Of a stretch of DNA of 36,975 nt, positions 16,887-25,332 are shown piece after piece (position 1 is the first letter of the stretch; every line of letters begins with the position of its first letter). The position numbers were made by a program, and so were the translations under genes. The notes beneath the pieces are model-generated. The model ran no database searches. It was not told where the DNA came from and saw nothing but the letters and a program-made list of their open reading frames with translations. This DNA comes from a virus (Duplodnaviria > Caudoviricetes), in the IMG/VR virus record IMGVR_UViG_3300037043_000408, positions 1 through 36,975 of that record. One strand, 5' to 3'.

Positions 16887-17838
16887 AGGATTTTCCGCAA
16901 GACTGAGGGCAGGCGCATCGGCGCTGCCCTGGGCAATGGGCCGGGTCTACCGGGCCCCGGATGCCGGCGCCGAGGCCGGCGCGGGCGCGGCTGCGGCTGC
17001 AGCGGCCGCCGCTGCTGCAGCCGCCGGCGACAAGGGCGGCGCGGCTGACAAGGGCGGCAAGAAAGGCGCCGCGGCGATTGCGGCGGCGGCCGGTGCGGAT
17101 GCCGGCGCTGGCGGCGGCGGAGATCCGCCGGCGGCGTTCAACGGCACGTTCGATCTCGCCCTGCTGCCCGACAACCTGCGCGGCGCGACCGCCGAGGAAA
17201 CGCTGCACAAGCTCTACCCGGCGTTCAAGGGCTTCCGCGATGCCCAGGCAAAAGCCGGCAGCGTGCCAGGCAAGCCGGAAGAGTATCCGGTGCCGGAACT
17301 GGCCGATGATGCGAAGGCCTTCTTCCCGGAGCTCGAGAAGGATGAGGTCTTCGCGATCGCGCGGAAAGCCTCGCACAAGCACGGCTTGCCGGCCCAGCAG
17401 TTCAAGGCCGTGTTCGGCGACGTGCTGACCGAGCTAGCCAAGTCCGGCATGATCCAGCCGCTGATCGATCCGAAGGCCGAGTTCCAGAAGCTCGGCGGCA
17501 CGCCGGAAGCGGCGCGCGAGGCGCAGGCCGTGGTCGACTTCATCGAGCGCCAGAAGGCGCTGAGGGGCAAGGACGGCATGCCGGCGGAGCTGCTCGAAGA
17601 GCTCGACCTGATCACCGGTACCGCGAACGGCATCAAGATCGTCAAATGGTTCATGGGCAGGATCGGCGAAAAGGGCGTCGATCTCGGCGGTGCCGGCGGC
17701 GAGGGCGATGCCTGGACGGCCGAAAAGTTCAAGGAAGCAATGCGCGATCCGCGCTACCCTACCGACAGTTCCAAGCATGACCCGGCCTTCCGGGCCCGGA
17801 TCGATGCTGCTCGCAAGGCCTTCTACACGAAGGCGTAA
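16873..17838 (+). CDS. Capsid scaffolding protein
   Basis: Ala/Gly-rich N-terminus, VPGKPEEY, C-terminal DPRY..DPAF; located before the capsid gene. Confidence 0.8.
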   Translation: MTKRRGFSARLRAGASALPWAMGRVYRAPDAGAEAGAGAAAAAAAAAAAAAGDKGGAADKGGKKGAAAIAAAAGADAGAGGGGDPPAAFNGTFDLALLPDNLRGATAEETLHKLYPAFKGFRDAQAKAGSVPGKPEEYPVPELADDAKAFFPELEKDEVFAIARKASHKHGLPAQQFKAVFGDVLTELAKSGMIQPLIDPKAEFQKLGGTPEAAREAQAVVDFIERQKALRGKDGMPAELLEELDLITGTANGIKIVKWFMGRIGEKGVDLGGAGGEGDAWTAEKFKEAMRDPRYPTDSSKHDPAFRARIDAARKAFYTKA

Positions 17839-17867
17839 CACGCGCGGTCCTCCCCTGCGCGTAGATT
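17834..17867 (+). promoter_or_regulatory. Late promoter motif, copy 2
   Basis: CGTAACACGCGC-N16-TAGATT upstream of the capsid gene. Confidence 0.75.
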
Positions 17868-17989
17868 GCGCGCGCACGGGATGGACCTGGCAGGTCCGGG
17901 CAACCGGCTCGAGTTTCGAGACAGGCCCCGGACACCTGCTGGCAATCGGCCCAAGCTGATTTTCAACCCAACCAGCTATGGAGCTACAA

Positions 17990-18868
17990 ATGGCTGATGC
18001 CACAGCGCCCGAATGGTTCGTCACCGAGTACGAGCAAGGGGCAATCCACGTTTTCCAGGACCGGGGCGGACGCCTCGCGAACCGCAATGTCTGCCGCCGC
18101 AAGTCGATCACCAATGCGGAAGACGCAAAGTTCAACATCACCGGCATTCTCAACGCCTACAAGAAGCCGGTCGGCAAGCTGACGCCGCAAAAGACGGCGA
18201 AGTCGAACGTGATCATTCCGGTCGATCGCTGGAAAGCCACGCCGACGATCGACCGGTTCGATCTCGACCGGATGAATGCCGACGACCGCGACGAAAGCCA
18301 GAAAGCGGCCGGTATGGCGCTGGCCCGCGCCCAGGACAACATCCTGATCGCGGCGCTTGACGGCTCGCCGAACACGCCGCTCGGCGGCTCCGGTACCTTC
18401 ATGTCGCCGGCGCTCGCCGACGAGATCAACGAAGAGCTGGCGACCGCCGACGTCGATGACGACCTGGAAGTCTTTGCGGCGATCAGTCCGCGGATGTGGT
18501 CGCAACTGATGCGGTTCAAGGAGTTCACAACGGCGGATTACAATGGCGCCGAACTTCCTTACGCGCGCGGCAACATCCGGGGATGGATGCGCACATGGAA
18601 CGGCATCCACTGGATCCGCCATAACCGGCTGTCGAAAACCGGCAACCTGCGGACCGGGCACGCCTGGGTGCGCGAGGCCCTCGGGTGCGTCGACATGGGC
18701 GATCCGCGCACGATCATGACCTGGGAAAACCAGGAAGATCACTGGTTCGTCAACATGGAAGTGACGATGGGCGCCGACCTGCTGCTGCCGGAGGGCACCG
18801 TGCCTTTCCAGATCGACGAGTCGATCGCGCCGCTCGACATCGATCCGGAAGCCTACACGGCGTCCTGA
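17990..18868 (+). CDS. Major capsid protein
   Basis: GGAG RBS; FVTEYEQG, AGMALARAQDNILIAAL, EFTTADY, WNGIHWI. Confidence 0.9.
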   Translation: MADATAPEWFVTEYEQGAIHVFQDRGGRLANRNVCRRKSITNAEDAKFNITGILNAYKKPVGKLTPQKTAKSNVIIPVDRWKATPTIDRFDLDRMNADDRDESQKAAGMALARAQDNILIAALDGSPNTPLGGSGTFMSPALADEINEELATADVDDDLEVFAAISPRMWSQLMRFKEFTTADYNGAELPYARGNIRGWMRTWNGIHWIRHNRLSKTGNLRTGHAWVREALGCVDMGDPRTIMTWENQEDHWFVNMEVTMGADLLLPEGTVPFQIDESIAPLDIDPEAYTAS

Positions 18869-18878
18869 TCCTGACATC

Positions 18879-18909
18879 CCGGAAGGCCCGTGAGGGGCCT
18901 TCCGGTTTC
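18879..18909 (+). terminator. Hairpin/terminator after the capsid gene
   Basis: CCGGAAGGCCC-GTGAG-GGGCCTTCCGG followed by TTTC. Confidence 0.7.
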
Positions 18910-18930
18910 ATCTCAACCAAGGAGGCCATC

Positions 18931-19209
18931 ATGGCTCTGGATAAATTCGGCTTCGGGACACTGGGCCATAGCGGGCAGCTCGGCGGGCTCGTCCGCAAGT
19001 GCCACTTCTACGCCACCAATGACGGCTTTGCCGCCGTGCAGACGGATGGATATTTCGACGCGGTCGCCGACCAGTTCACGCTGGGCAAAGGGGACGTCAT
19101 CATCGTCTCCTACGCGAATGGCGGCACGAACGGCGTCCGGATCTATTCCGTCAACCGGGTCGCGGGTGACATTGCGCTCACCCTCGTCATCGCAACGGCC
19201 GCAGCTTAG
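18931..19209 (+). CDS. Small structural protein (capsid decoration candidate)
   Basis: AAGGAGG RBS; YATND..AVQTDGYF..GDVIIV. Confidence 0.75.
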   Translation: MALDKFGFGTLGHSGQLGGLVRKCHFYATNDGFAAVQTDGYFDAVADQFTLGKGDVIIVSYANGGTNGVRIYSVNRVAGDIALTLVIATAAA

Positions 19210-19216
19210 GTACCGG

Positions 19217-19266
19217 GCGAGGGCCGCCGGCGGGACTTTGCTCCTTTGGCCCGCCGGCGTCTTCGC
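19217..19266 (+). other. GC-rich hairpin with a CTCCT-containing loop
   Basis: CGCCGGCGGG (19225-19234) pairs with CCCGCCGGCG (19250-19259). Confidence 0.55.
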
Positions 19267-19273
19267 GTGACCC

Positions 19274-19888
19274 ATGTCCACACAGGAAGCTGTCGCTCTC
19301 TACAATCTCGCGCTCGAGGAACTCGGGCAGTCTCCGATCGATGATTTCGGGGATGCAAGCCCCGGCGCGGAAAATGCCGAGGCGCGCTATACCCAGACGG
19401 TCGGCTTCCTGCTCGGCCTGCGCACCTGGTCCTTCCAGAAAACCGTCGTCCAGCTGTCGCGCCTCGAGGCGGCGCCCTCGACCGGCTATGAATACGCGTT
19501 CGAGATCCCCGGCGCGCAATACGTGCTGTCGGTGTTCGAGAGCCTCGAAGCCCGCGACCGGCCGCTGCGCGAAGGCTGGCGCGTCTATGAGGGCCGCGTG
19601 CATGCCAACCACGAGACCCTCTGGGCCGAGATCCCGGCCGCCAATGATCCGTCCGCCTGGCCGCCGGTGTTCCGCCAGCTCGTCATCAAGGCCGTCGCCG
19701 AGGCCTGCTGCATGCAGCATACCAGCAACCGCGCCCTGAAGGCGGACCTGCGCCAGGAGGCCTATGGCTCGGCCGAGGATTATCCCTATGGCGGCCTGGT
19801 CGCCGCCGCGACCCAGCTCGACAGCCAGGCCGACAAGGGCGAGGAAATGACGGTCGGCCGCGGGCCGTTGCTCGAGGCGCGCGACTGA
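19274..19888 (+). CDS. Tail tubular protein A / adaptor (T7 gp11-like)
   Basis: NLALEELGQSPI, WSF, YEYAFEIP, WPPVF. Confidence 0.85.
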   Translation: MSTQEAVALYNLALEELGQSPIDDFGDASPGAENAEARYTQTVGFLLGLRTWSFQKTVVQLSRLEAAPSTGYEYAFEIPGAQYVLSVFESLEARDRPLREGWRVYEGRVHANHETLWAEIPAANDPSAWPPVFRQLVIKAVAEACCMQHTSNRALKADLRQEAYGSAEDYPYGGLVAAATQLDSQADKGEEMTVGRGPLLEARD

Positions 19889-20229
19889 TGGCGCGGCGCG
19901 AGAGTTTCCAGACGAGCTTCAATGGCGGGATCGTGGATCCGCGCCTTGCCGACAATGACCAGCTCGAGCTCTATTTCAGCGGCGCGGCGGATATCCTCAA
20001 CCTGAGGCCCAGCCCGCAGGGCGGGCTGATGCTGCGCGGCGGGCTCGCCTGGTGCGGCCGGCACCGCGGCGCGGTCTCGGCGATCGACCTGACGGCGGCG
20101 ACAATCACCTTCGCCGCGGACGGCGACAGCGGCGGCACGGTCAGCCTTCCGCCCGTGCCGCCCGACGATCCCTTCCCCTATCCGGACCGGCCCTTCGCGC
20201 CCGGCTTCAATGGCGATTTCCAACCCTGA
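19888..20229 (+). CDS. Tail tubular protein B / nozzle, N-terminal segment
   Basis: QTSFNGGIVDPRL...NLRPSPQGGLMLRGG is the typical N-terminus of gp12-like proteins. Confidence 0.8.
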   Translation: MARRESFQTSFNGGIVDPRLADNDQLELYFSGAADILNLRPSPQGGLMLRGGLAWCGRHRGAVSAIDLTAATITFAADGDSGGTVSLPPVPPDDPFPYPDRPFAPGFNGDFQP

Positions 20230-22478
20230 TGCCTGACGCTGTTGCCAACCTCTCCTGGACGAACCTGCCCGGCTCCGGCGACGGCGTGCTGGTGACGATC
20301 GACCTGGGCGCCAGCCATGCTGTCTGCGGTCTCGAGCTGACCGATGCCGATCTCAGCGGCGGCTTTCTGGCGGCGGCGATTGCGGCCGACTGGTCGGCGG
20401 ACGGCATTGCCTGGAGCGAATTCCCGGATGTGATCAGCCTCGGCGGGCAGGCCCAGACGCGCCGCATCATGGCGCCGCCCGGTGTGCCGGTCGCCGCGCG
20501 GCATGTGCGCCTGAAGCAAAAGACACCCTCGCAGAGCGCCGCCCGCGACCTGACGATCGCGGCGCTCCGTATACTGAAGGAGGAGGCACCCGGCGGGGCG
20601 AAGGTCGTGCCTTTCACCTTCGACGATGACGCGGCCTATGTGCTGATCTACGGCGCCCAGAATGCGGAAGTCTATGCCGGCGGCGTGCGCATGGCCTCGG
20701 TCTCTTCGCCCTATACCGAAGGCTCCCTCTTGCGCCTCGACTTTGCCCAGCGCCTCGACACCCAGCTCGTGTTCCACGAGAATTACCCGCCCTGGCGGAT
20801 ATTCCGGCTGGGCGCGGACACCGACTGGGACGGGCGCCTGCAGGTGTTCGACAGCATGCTGACCATCGAGTTCGAGGACACCGTCTACACCAACGGCGTG
20901 AACGAAGTGCAGCAGCTCGAATTCTTCGAATATGCCGCCGGCGAGACGTTCAACATCACGCTCGACGGCGAGACCACGGGATCGATCGCCTACAGCGCGA
21001 CCGGCGCGACACTGGCCGCCAGCATCAAGGCGGCGCTGGAAGCCCTGCCGGTGCTTGCCGGCGGCACGGTGACGGTCGCCAACCCGTCGGCCGCCCGCTT
21101 CACGGTGACCTTCTCGGGAGACGCCGGTCAGAGGGACTGGCCGGAAATGGCGCCGTCGGTTGTCTCCTCTGCGAACGGGATCGTGACCTCGGCAACGCTG
21201 ACCCAGGGCAAGGCCGGCGGCGAGGATGCGATCTCGGCCACGCGCGGCTGGCCCCGCTGCGGCGCCTTTACCGACAGCCGCCTGGTGATGGGCGGCCTGC
21301 GCTCGCTGCCGCAGACGGCGATCGCGTCCAAGCTGGGCGAGTATTTTGCGTTTGCATCCACCAACCAGCGGGCAACCGACGCTTTCGAGTTCACCATCGA
21401 CACGCAGGACGCCAATGGCATCCGGCGGATCTTCGCCAGCGAGACGGTGCAGCTGTTCACCGCGAGCGGCGTGCACTTCCTGTCCGGCGGCGCGCTGGCA
21501 GCCGACGAGCCGACCGAGCGGCGCAAGTCCGGCTCGCTCGGCATCCAGCTGAACCTGACGCCCGTCGAGCTCGATGGCGGGACGGTCTATGTGCAGAAGG
21601 GCGGGCGGGGCGTGCGCGAACTTCAGTACAATGACAATACGAAACGCTATACGCCGGTGTCGCTGTCGGTGCGCGCGCCGAGCCTCATCGACCGGCCGGT
21701 GGACATTTTCGTTCGCAAGACCGGCACCAATTTCGAGGACGAGATGCTGGGCCTGATCAACTGGACCGGCGTCATCGCCACCTTCACCAGCCTGCGCGAG
21801 CAGAACGTGGCCGCCTGGTCGCGCGAGAATGTGCGCGGCGGCATGGTGCTGGCCGGCGGGGCCGACAGCCTGGCGCGGCTCTACCTTGTCACCGAGCGCG
21901 AAGTTGGCGGCGAGCTGGTGCGCTATGTCGAGATCGAGGACCCCTCGCGCACGCTCGACTGTTCGGTGCTGGTCGAGCTCGAGGACCAAAGCGTGATTAC
22001 CGGCCTCGAACACCTGGAGGGACGCGAGGACGTGTATGTCGTCGGCAATGGTTCCTGGTGGGGGCCGCTGACGGTCGAGGACGGCGAAGTCGATCTCGAA
22101 GAAGAGGTGACCGGCGAATTCGAGGTCGGCATCTGGTTCGATGCCTGGGTGGTTACGCTCGAGCCGCGGTTCCAGACCGAGAATGGCTCGCTGCTGGATG
22201 TCAAGAAACGCATCGTCGATGTGACGGTGTCGGTGCTCAATTCGACCCTGCCGGCGCTGGCCTACCGTCACGGCGCGAAGACACAGCTGTTCCCGTTCAA
22301 GGATCCGCGCCCCGAGGCGCGCCAGCTCGACCGCCCGCCGCTGACCGAACCGCTGCATACGGGCACCGCGCGGATCGAAGGCCTGAAGGGCTGGGACCGG
22401 TCGGTGGATGTCAAGATCTACCGGCAGACGCCGGGCCCGCTTCATATCCGTTCCCTCAAACTCGGAGTGCAGACCTGA
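20229..22478 (+). CDS. Tail tubular protein B / nozzle, main segment with inserted domains
   Basis: RGWPRCGAFTDSRLVMGG, TVYVQKGGRGVREL, NVAAWSR, GLEHLEG, QTPGPLHI. Confidence 0.88.
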   Translation: MPDAVANLSWTNLPGSGDGVLVTIDLGASHAVCGLELTDADLSGGFLAAAIAADWSADGIAWSEFPDVISLGGQAQTRRIMAPPGVPVAARHVRLKQKTPSQSAARDLTIAALRILKEEAPGGAKVVPFTFDDDAAYVLIYGAQNAEVYAGGVRMASVSSPYTEGSLLRLDFAQRLDTQLVFHENYPPWRIFRLGADTDWDGRLQVFDSMLTIEFEDTVYTNGVNEVQQLEFFEYAAGETFNITLDGETTGSIAYSATGATLAASIKAALEALPVLAGGTVTVANPSAARFTVTFSGDAGQRDWPEMAPSVVSSANGIVTSATLTQGKAGGEDAISATRGWPRCGAFTDSRLVMGGLRSLPQTAIASKLGEYFAFASTNQRATDAFEFTIDTQDANGIRRIFASETVQLFTASGVHFLSGGALAADEPTERRKSGSLGIQLNLTPVELDGGTVYVQKGGRGVRELQYNDNTKRYTPVSLSVRAPSLIDRPVDIFVRKTGTNFEDEMLGLINWTGVIATFTSLREQNVAAWSRENVRGGMVLAGGADSLARLYLVTEREVGGELVRYVEIEDPSRTLDCSVLVELEDQSVITGLEHLEGREDVYVVGNGSWWGPLTVEDGEVDLEEEVTGEFEVGIWFDAWVVTLEPRFQTENGSLLDVKKRIVDVTVSVLNSTLPALAYRHGAKTQLFPFKDPRPEARQLDRPPLTEPLHTGTARIEGLKGWDRSVDVKIYRQTPGPLHIRSLKLGVQT

Positions 22479-23101
22479 TGGCGGCGATGGCGATCGCGCT
22501 CGGCGCGAAACTGATGGCCGGGGCCGGCGCGGTGGCGTCCGGCGCCGCGGCGGCGGGCGGCGCCGTCTCCTCCGGGATCGGCGGCATCATGGCTGCGGCC
22601 AAGGGTATGATCGGGCTCGGCGGGGCTGCCGGCGCGGCCGGCTCGGCCACCGCCGGCGCGGGCCTTCTCGGCAAGCTGCAGATGGGCGCCAGCGCCCTGT
22701 CGGCGTTTTCCTCCTTCGCCGGCGGCATGGCGGAAAAGCGCCAGGCCGAAGAGCAGGCGCTGGAAGCGCGGTTTGCCGCCAACCAGGCGATCCTGCAGGG
22801 CAGGCAGCAGAGCAACGAGATCCTCGACGGGGTGGTCGACCGGATGGCGAAGACACGGGTTGCCTATGCCACGGCCGGACTGGACGGCTTCTCGGCCACG
22901 CCGTCGCGCGCGATCAGCCGGATCGGCCAGGACGGCGAAGCCGATATCCAGATCGCCAATTCCGACGCGCTGATGAGCTATTTCTCCGGCCGCCGGTCGA
23001 TGCGGGCGCTGAAGAAGCGCGGCGCCGCGAGCGGGATCATGGGCGTGGTGCAGGCCGGCGCCAGCCTCGCCAAGGGCTATGTTGACTGGAAGTCCCGCTG
23101 A
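22478..23101 (+). CDS. Internal virion / ejection protein (gp14-like)
   Basis: Gly/Ala-rich hydrophobic N-terminus, RVAYATAGLDG..TP; TGATG overlaps. Confidence 0.8.
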   Translation: MAAMAIALGAKLMAGAGAVASGAAAAGGAVSSGIGGIMAAAKGMIGLGGAAGAAGSATAGAGLLGKLQMGASALSAFSSFAGGMAEKRQAEEQALEARFAANQAILQGRQQSNEILDGVVDRMAKTRVAYATAGLDGFSATPSRAISRIGQDGEADIQIANSDALMSYFSGRRSMRALKKRGAASGIMGVVQAGASLAKGYVDWKSR

Positions 23102-25332
23102 TGGTTCGCACACGGAGGGTTTCCCGGGATGTGGCGCCGGCGGTTACCGGCCCCGGCGGCGCGGTGGCCGAAACGGTCGCCGGCGCCTTGTCCGGCCTTG
23201 CCAGCCAGATCGGCCAGCTCGCCGACCGGGCCGCCGACGCCGAAGGCCGTCTCGAAGGCGCGCGCGAAGGGCTCGATCCGGAATTCCGGCCGCGCCGCAA
23301 CAACACCGTCAGCGGGCGCGCCTATGACGAGGCCGGCCTGCGCTCGATGTCGCTGCGGACCAATTCGGCCCTGCGCAGCGAACTGGCGACCGCCTTCGAG
23401 ACCGCGAAAGGCGATGTCCGGAAGTTCCAGGACGCCGCCACGGCGCTGCGCGCGAAATATGTCGAGGCGACGCCGGACGAGATCCGGCCGTCGCTGGAGG
23501 CCGATTTCGAAACCATGCGGTTCGGCTATGACCGGGAATTCGTGCGGCTGGCGGATGCGGCCGAGGCCGAGCAGCTCGCAGCCGAGGCGATGGGCCTCCT
23601 CGACGGGCGGGTCAAGGATATCGGGCGCACCGCGTTCATGGGCGGCCTCGACGGGGCGGCCGACACGGTGCTCGAGATGGAGATCAATGCGCTGACGGCC
23701 GACACGCTGGCTTACGGCCCCAAGACCGCCTTCACCTTCCGGGGCGTCGAGTACGCCGCCGACCCGTCGCGCGCCGGGGTGCTGAGCCTGCCGCAGATCG
23801 AGGAGACGCTGCAGAAGACCGGATCGCAGGTCGGCATCAACCGGGTCAAAGGCGCTTTCGGCCGGACGAAGGGGCTCGGCGCCAAGCAGAAATTCCTGGG
23901 CGGCTTCCTGGAAGACTATGGGGCCGGCAAGGGCGTGGCCGGCACGATGAGCCTGGACGAGGTCGAAGGCCTCGAGCGCGAGATGCTGCAGGAGATCCGC
24001 GCGCTGGAAGCCGAGCAGCGCGCCGCGCAGGCGGCGCTGCGGTCGCGGGTCACCGAAGTGCGGGCGAACCTGCGCGAATACAGGGGCTATGCCAAGGACG
24101 GGCTTGTTCCGCCCCCGGAGGAATTGCAGCGGCTCGAGGCCGAGGCGATCGCGACCGGCGACGGCGATCTCGTGCGCGAAGTGCGCCAGATGGCGCAGCT
24201 GACCTCGCTGGCGCGTCTCGCCGTGCAGTCGAGCCCGGTGGAGCTGGCCAACGAGATCAATGCGCGCCGCGCCGCCGCCAACGAGACCGGCGTGCTGCCG
24301 GAAGAGGCGGCGGAGATCAGCGTGCTGGAAAGCACGCTCAGCGGCATGCGCACGGGCCTGGCGCAGGACGCGCGCGGCTATGCCGAGCGGGCCGGGCTGG
24401 TGGCGCCGATCCCGCTGCAACCGGGCGAGGGGCTGATCCTGTCGCTGCAGGCGCGGGCCGGGCAGGCGCGGCTGATCGAGCAGCGCTACGGCGTCAAGGG
24501 CGCGATCTTCACGCAGGCGGAAATGGACCAGATCCAGGCGACCGACAAGGCGGGCGGGACCGAGATCATCGAGCTTGCCGCCGGGATCGTGCAGACGACC
24601 GGCGCGGACGCCGGCGACGTGCTGGCGAAGATCTCCGGGCGGGCGCCGCTGATCGGGCATCTCGGCGGTCTGATCCTGACGGGTGGCAGCCGTGACGCGG
24701 TGAACGCCGCCGCCCAGGGCCGCAAGCTGATGGCGGAGGCGGGCGGCGTGTCTTCGGGCCTGTCGAGCACGACCAGCGGCGAGACGGCCCGGGCCACGCT
24801 CAGCGGCGCGTTCGCGGCGCATCCGGACGCGCGCCGCACGATCGAGGAGACCGCCAATGCGATCTATGTCGGCCGCAAGGGGATGAACACCGAGTATGAC
24901 GCCGCCGCCTACAAGCGGGCCCTGCAGGAAGCGTCCGGGGCGGTGTTCACGGGCGGCCAGCAATATGGCGGGATCGCGCGGACCGGCGCGGGCTGGTGGG
25001 ACGGGCGCCAGACGCGCGAGGTGGCGGTGCCGTCCTGGCTGCGCGCGGATCTCGCCGACGAGGCGTTCAGCGCGCTGTCGGCCGAGGATTATGCGTATGG
25101 CGGGCGCGGCGCGCCGCTGCACGGGGATGGCTCGGCCGTCGATCTCAAGACGCTGAAAGGGGCGGCGCTGGTGTCGGTCGCGCCAGGCGTCTACCGTCTC
25201 GCGCTGGGCGATCCGGACGGGGATGACCCGCGTTACCTGCGCGGCGCGGGCGAGGGCGGTTTCTACGAGCTCGACCTTGACCGGGTGCGCGAGCAGATTG
25301 CGCAGAAGCTGCCGCAGGCGGTGGGGCCATGA
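23101..25332 (+). CDS. Internal virion / ejection protein (743 aa, helical)
   Basis: Position, size and Ala-rich helical composition. Confidence 0.75.
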   Translation: MVRTRRVSRDVAPAVTGPGGAVAETVAGALSGLASQIGQLADRAADAEGRLEGAREGLDPEFRPRRNNTVSGRAYDEAGLRSMSLRTNSALRSELATAFETAKGDVRKFQDAATALRAKYVEATPDEIRPSLEADFETMRFGYDREFVRLADAAEAEQLAAEAMGLLDGRVKDIGRTAFMGGLDGAADTVLEMEINALTADTLAYGPKTAFTFRGVEYAADPSRAGVLSLPQIEETLQKTGSQVGINRVKGAFGRTKGLGAKQKFLGGFLEDYGAGKGVAGTMSLDEVEGLEREMLQEIRALEAEQRAAQAALRSRVTEVRANLREYRGYAKDGLVPPPEELQRLEAEAIATGDGDLVREVRQMAQLTSLARLAVQSSPVELANEINARRAAANETGVLPEEAAEISVLESTLSGMRTGLAQDARGYAERAGLVAPIPLQPGEGLILSLQARAGQARLIEQRYGVKGAIFTQAEMDQIQATDKAGGTEIIELAAGIVQTTGADAGDVLAKISGRAPLIGHLGGLILTGGSRDAVNAAAQGRKLMAEAGGVSSGLSSTTSGETARATLSGAFAAHPDARRTIEETANAIYVGRKGMNTEYDAAAYKRALQEASGAVFTGGQQYGGIARTGAGWWDGRQTREVAVPSWLRADLADEAFSALSAEDYAYGGRGAPLHGDGSAVDLKTLKGAALVSVAPGVYRLALGDPDGDDPRYLRGAGEGGFYELDLDRVREQIAQKLPQAVGP

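Noticed and set aside
16960-17120. Ala/Gly-rich tract in the scaffold gene as a second repeat expansion
   Set aside because: Mixed codons; ordinary low-complexity scaffold N-terminus
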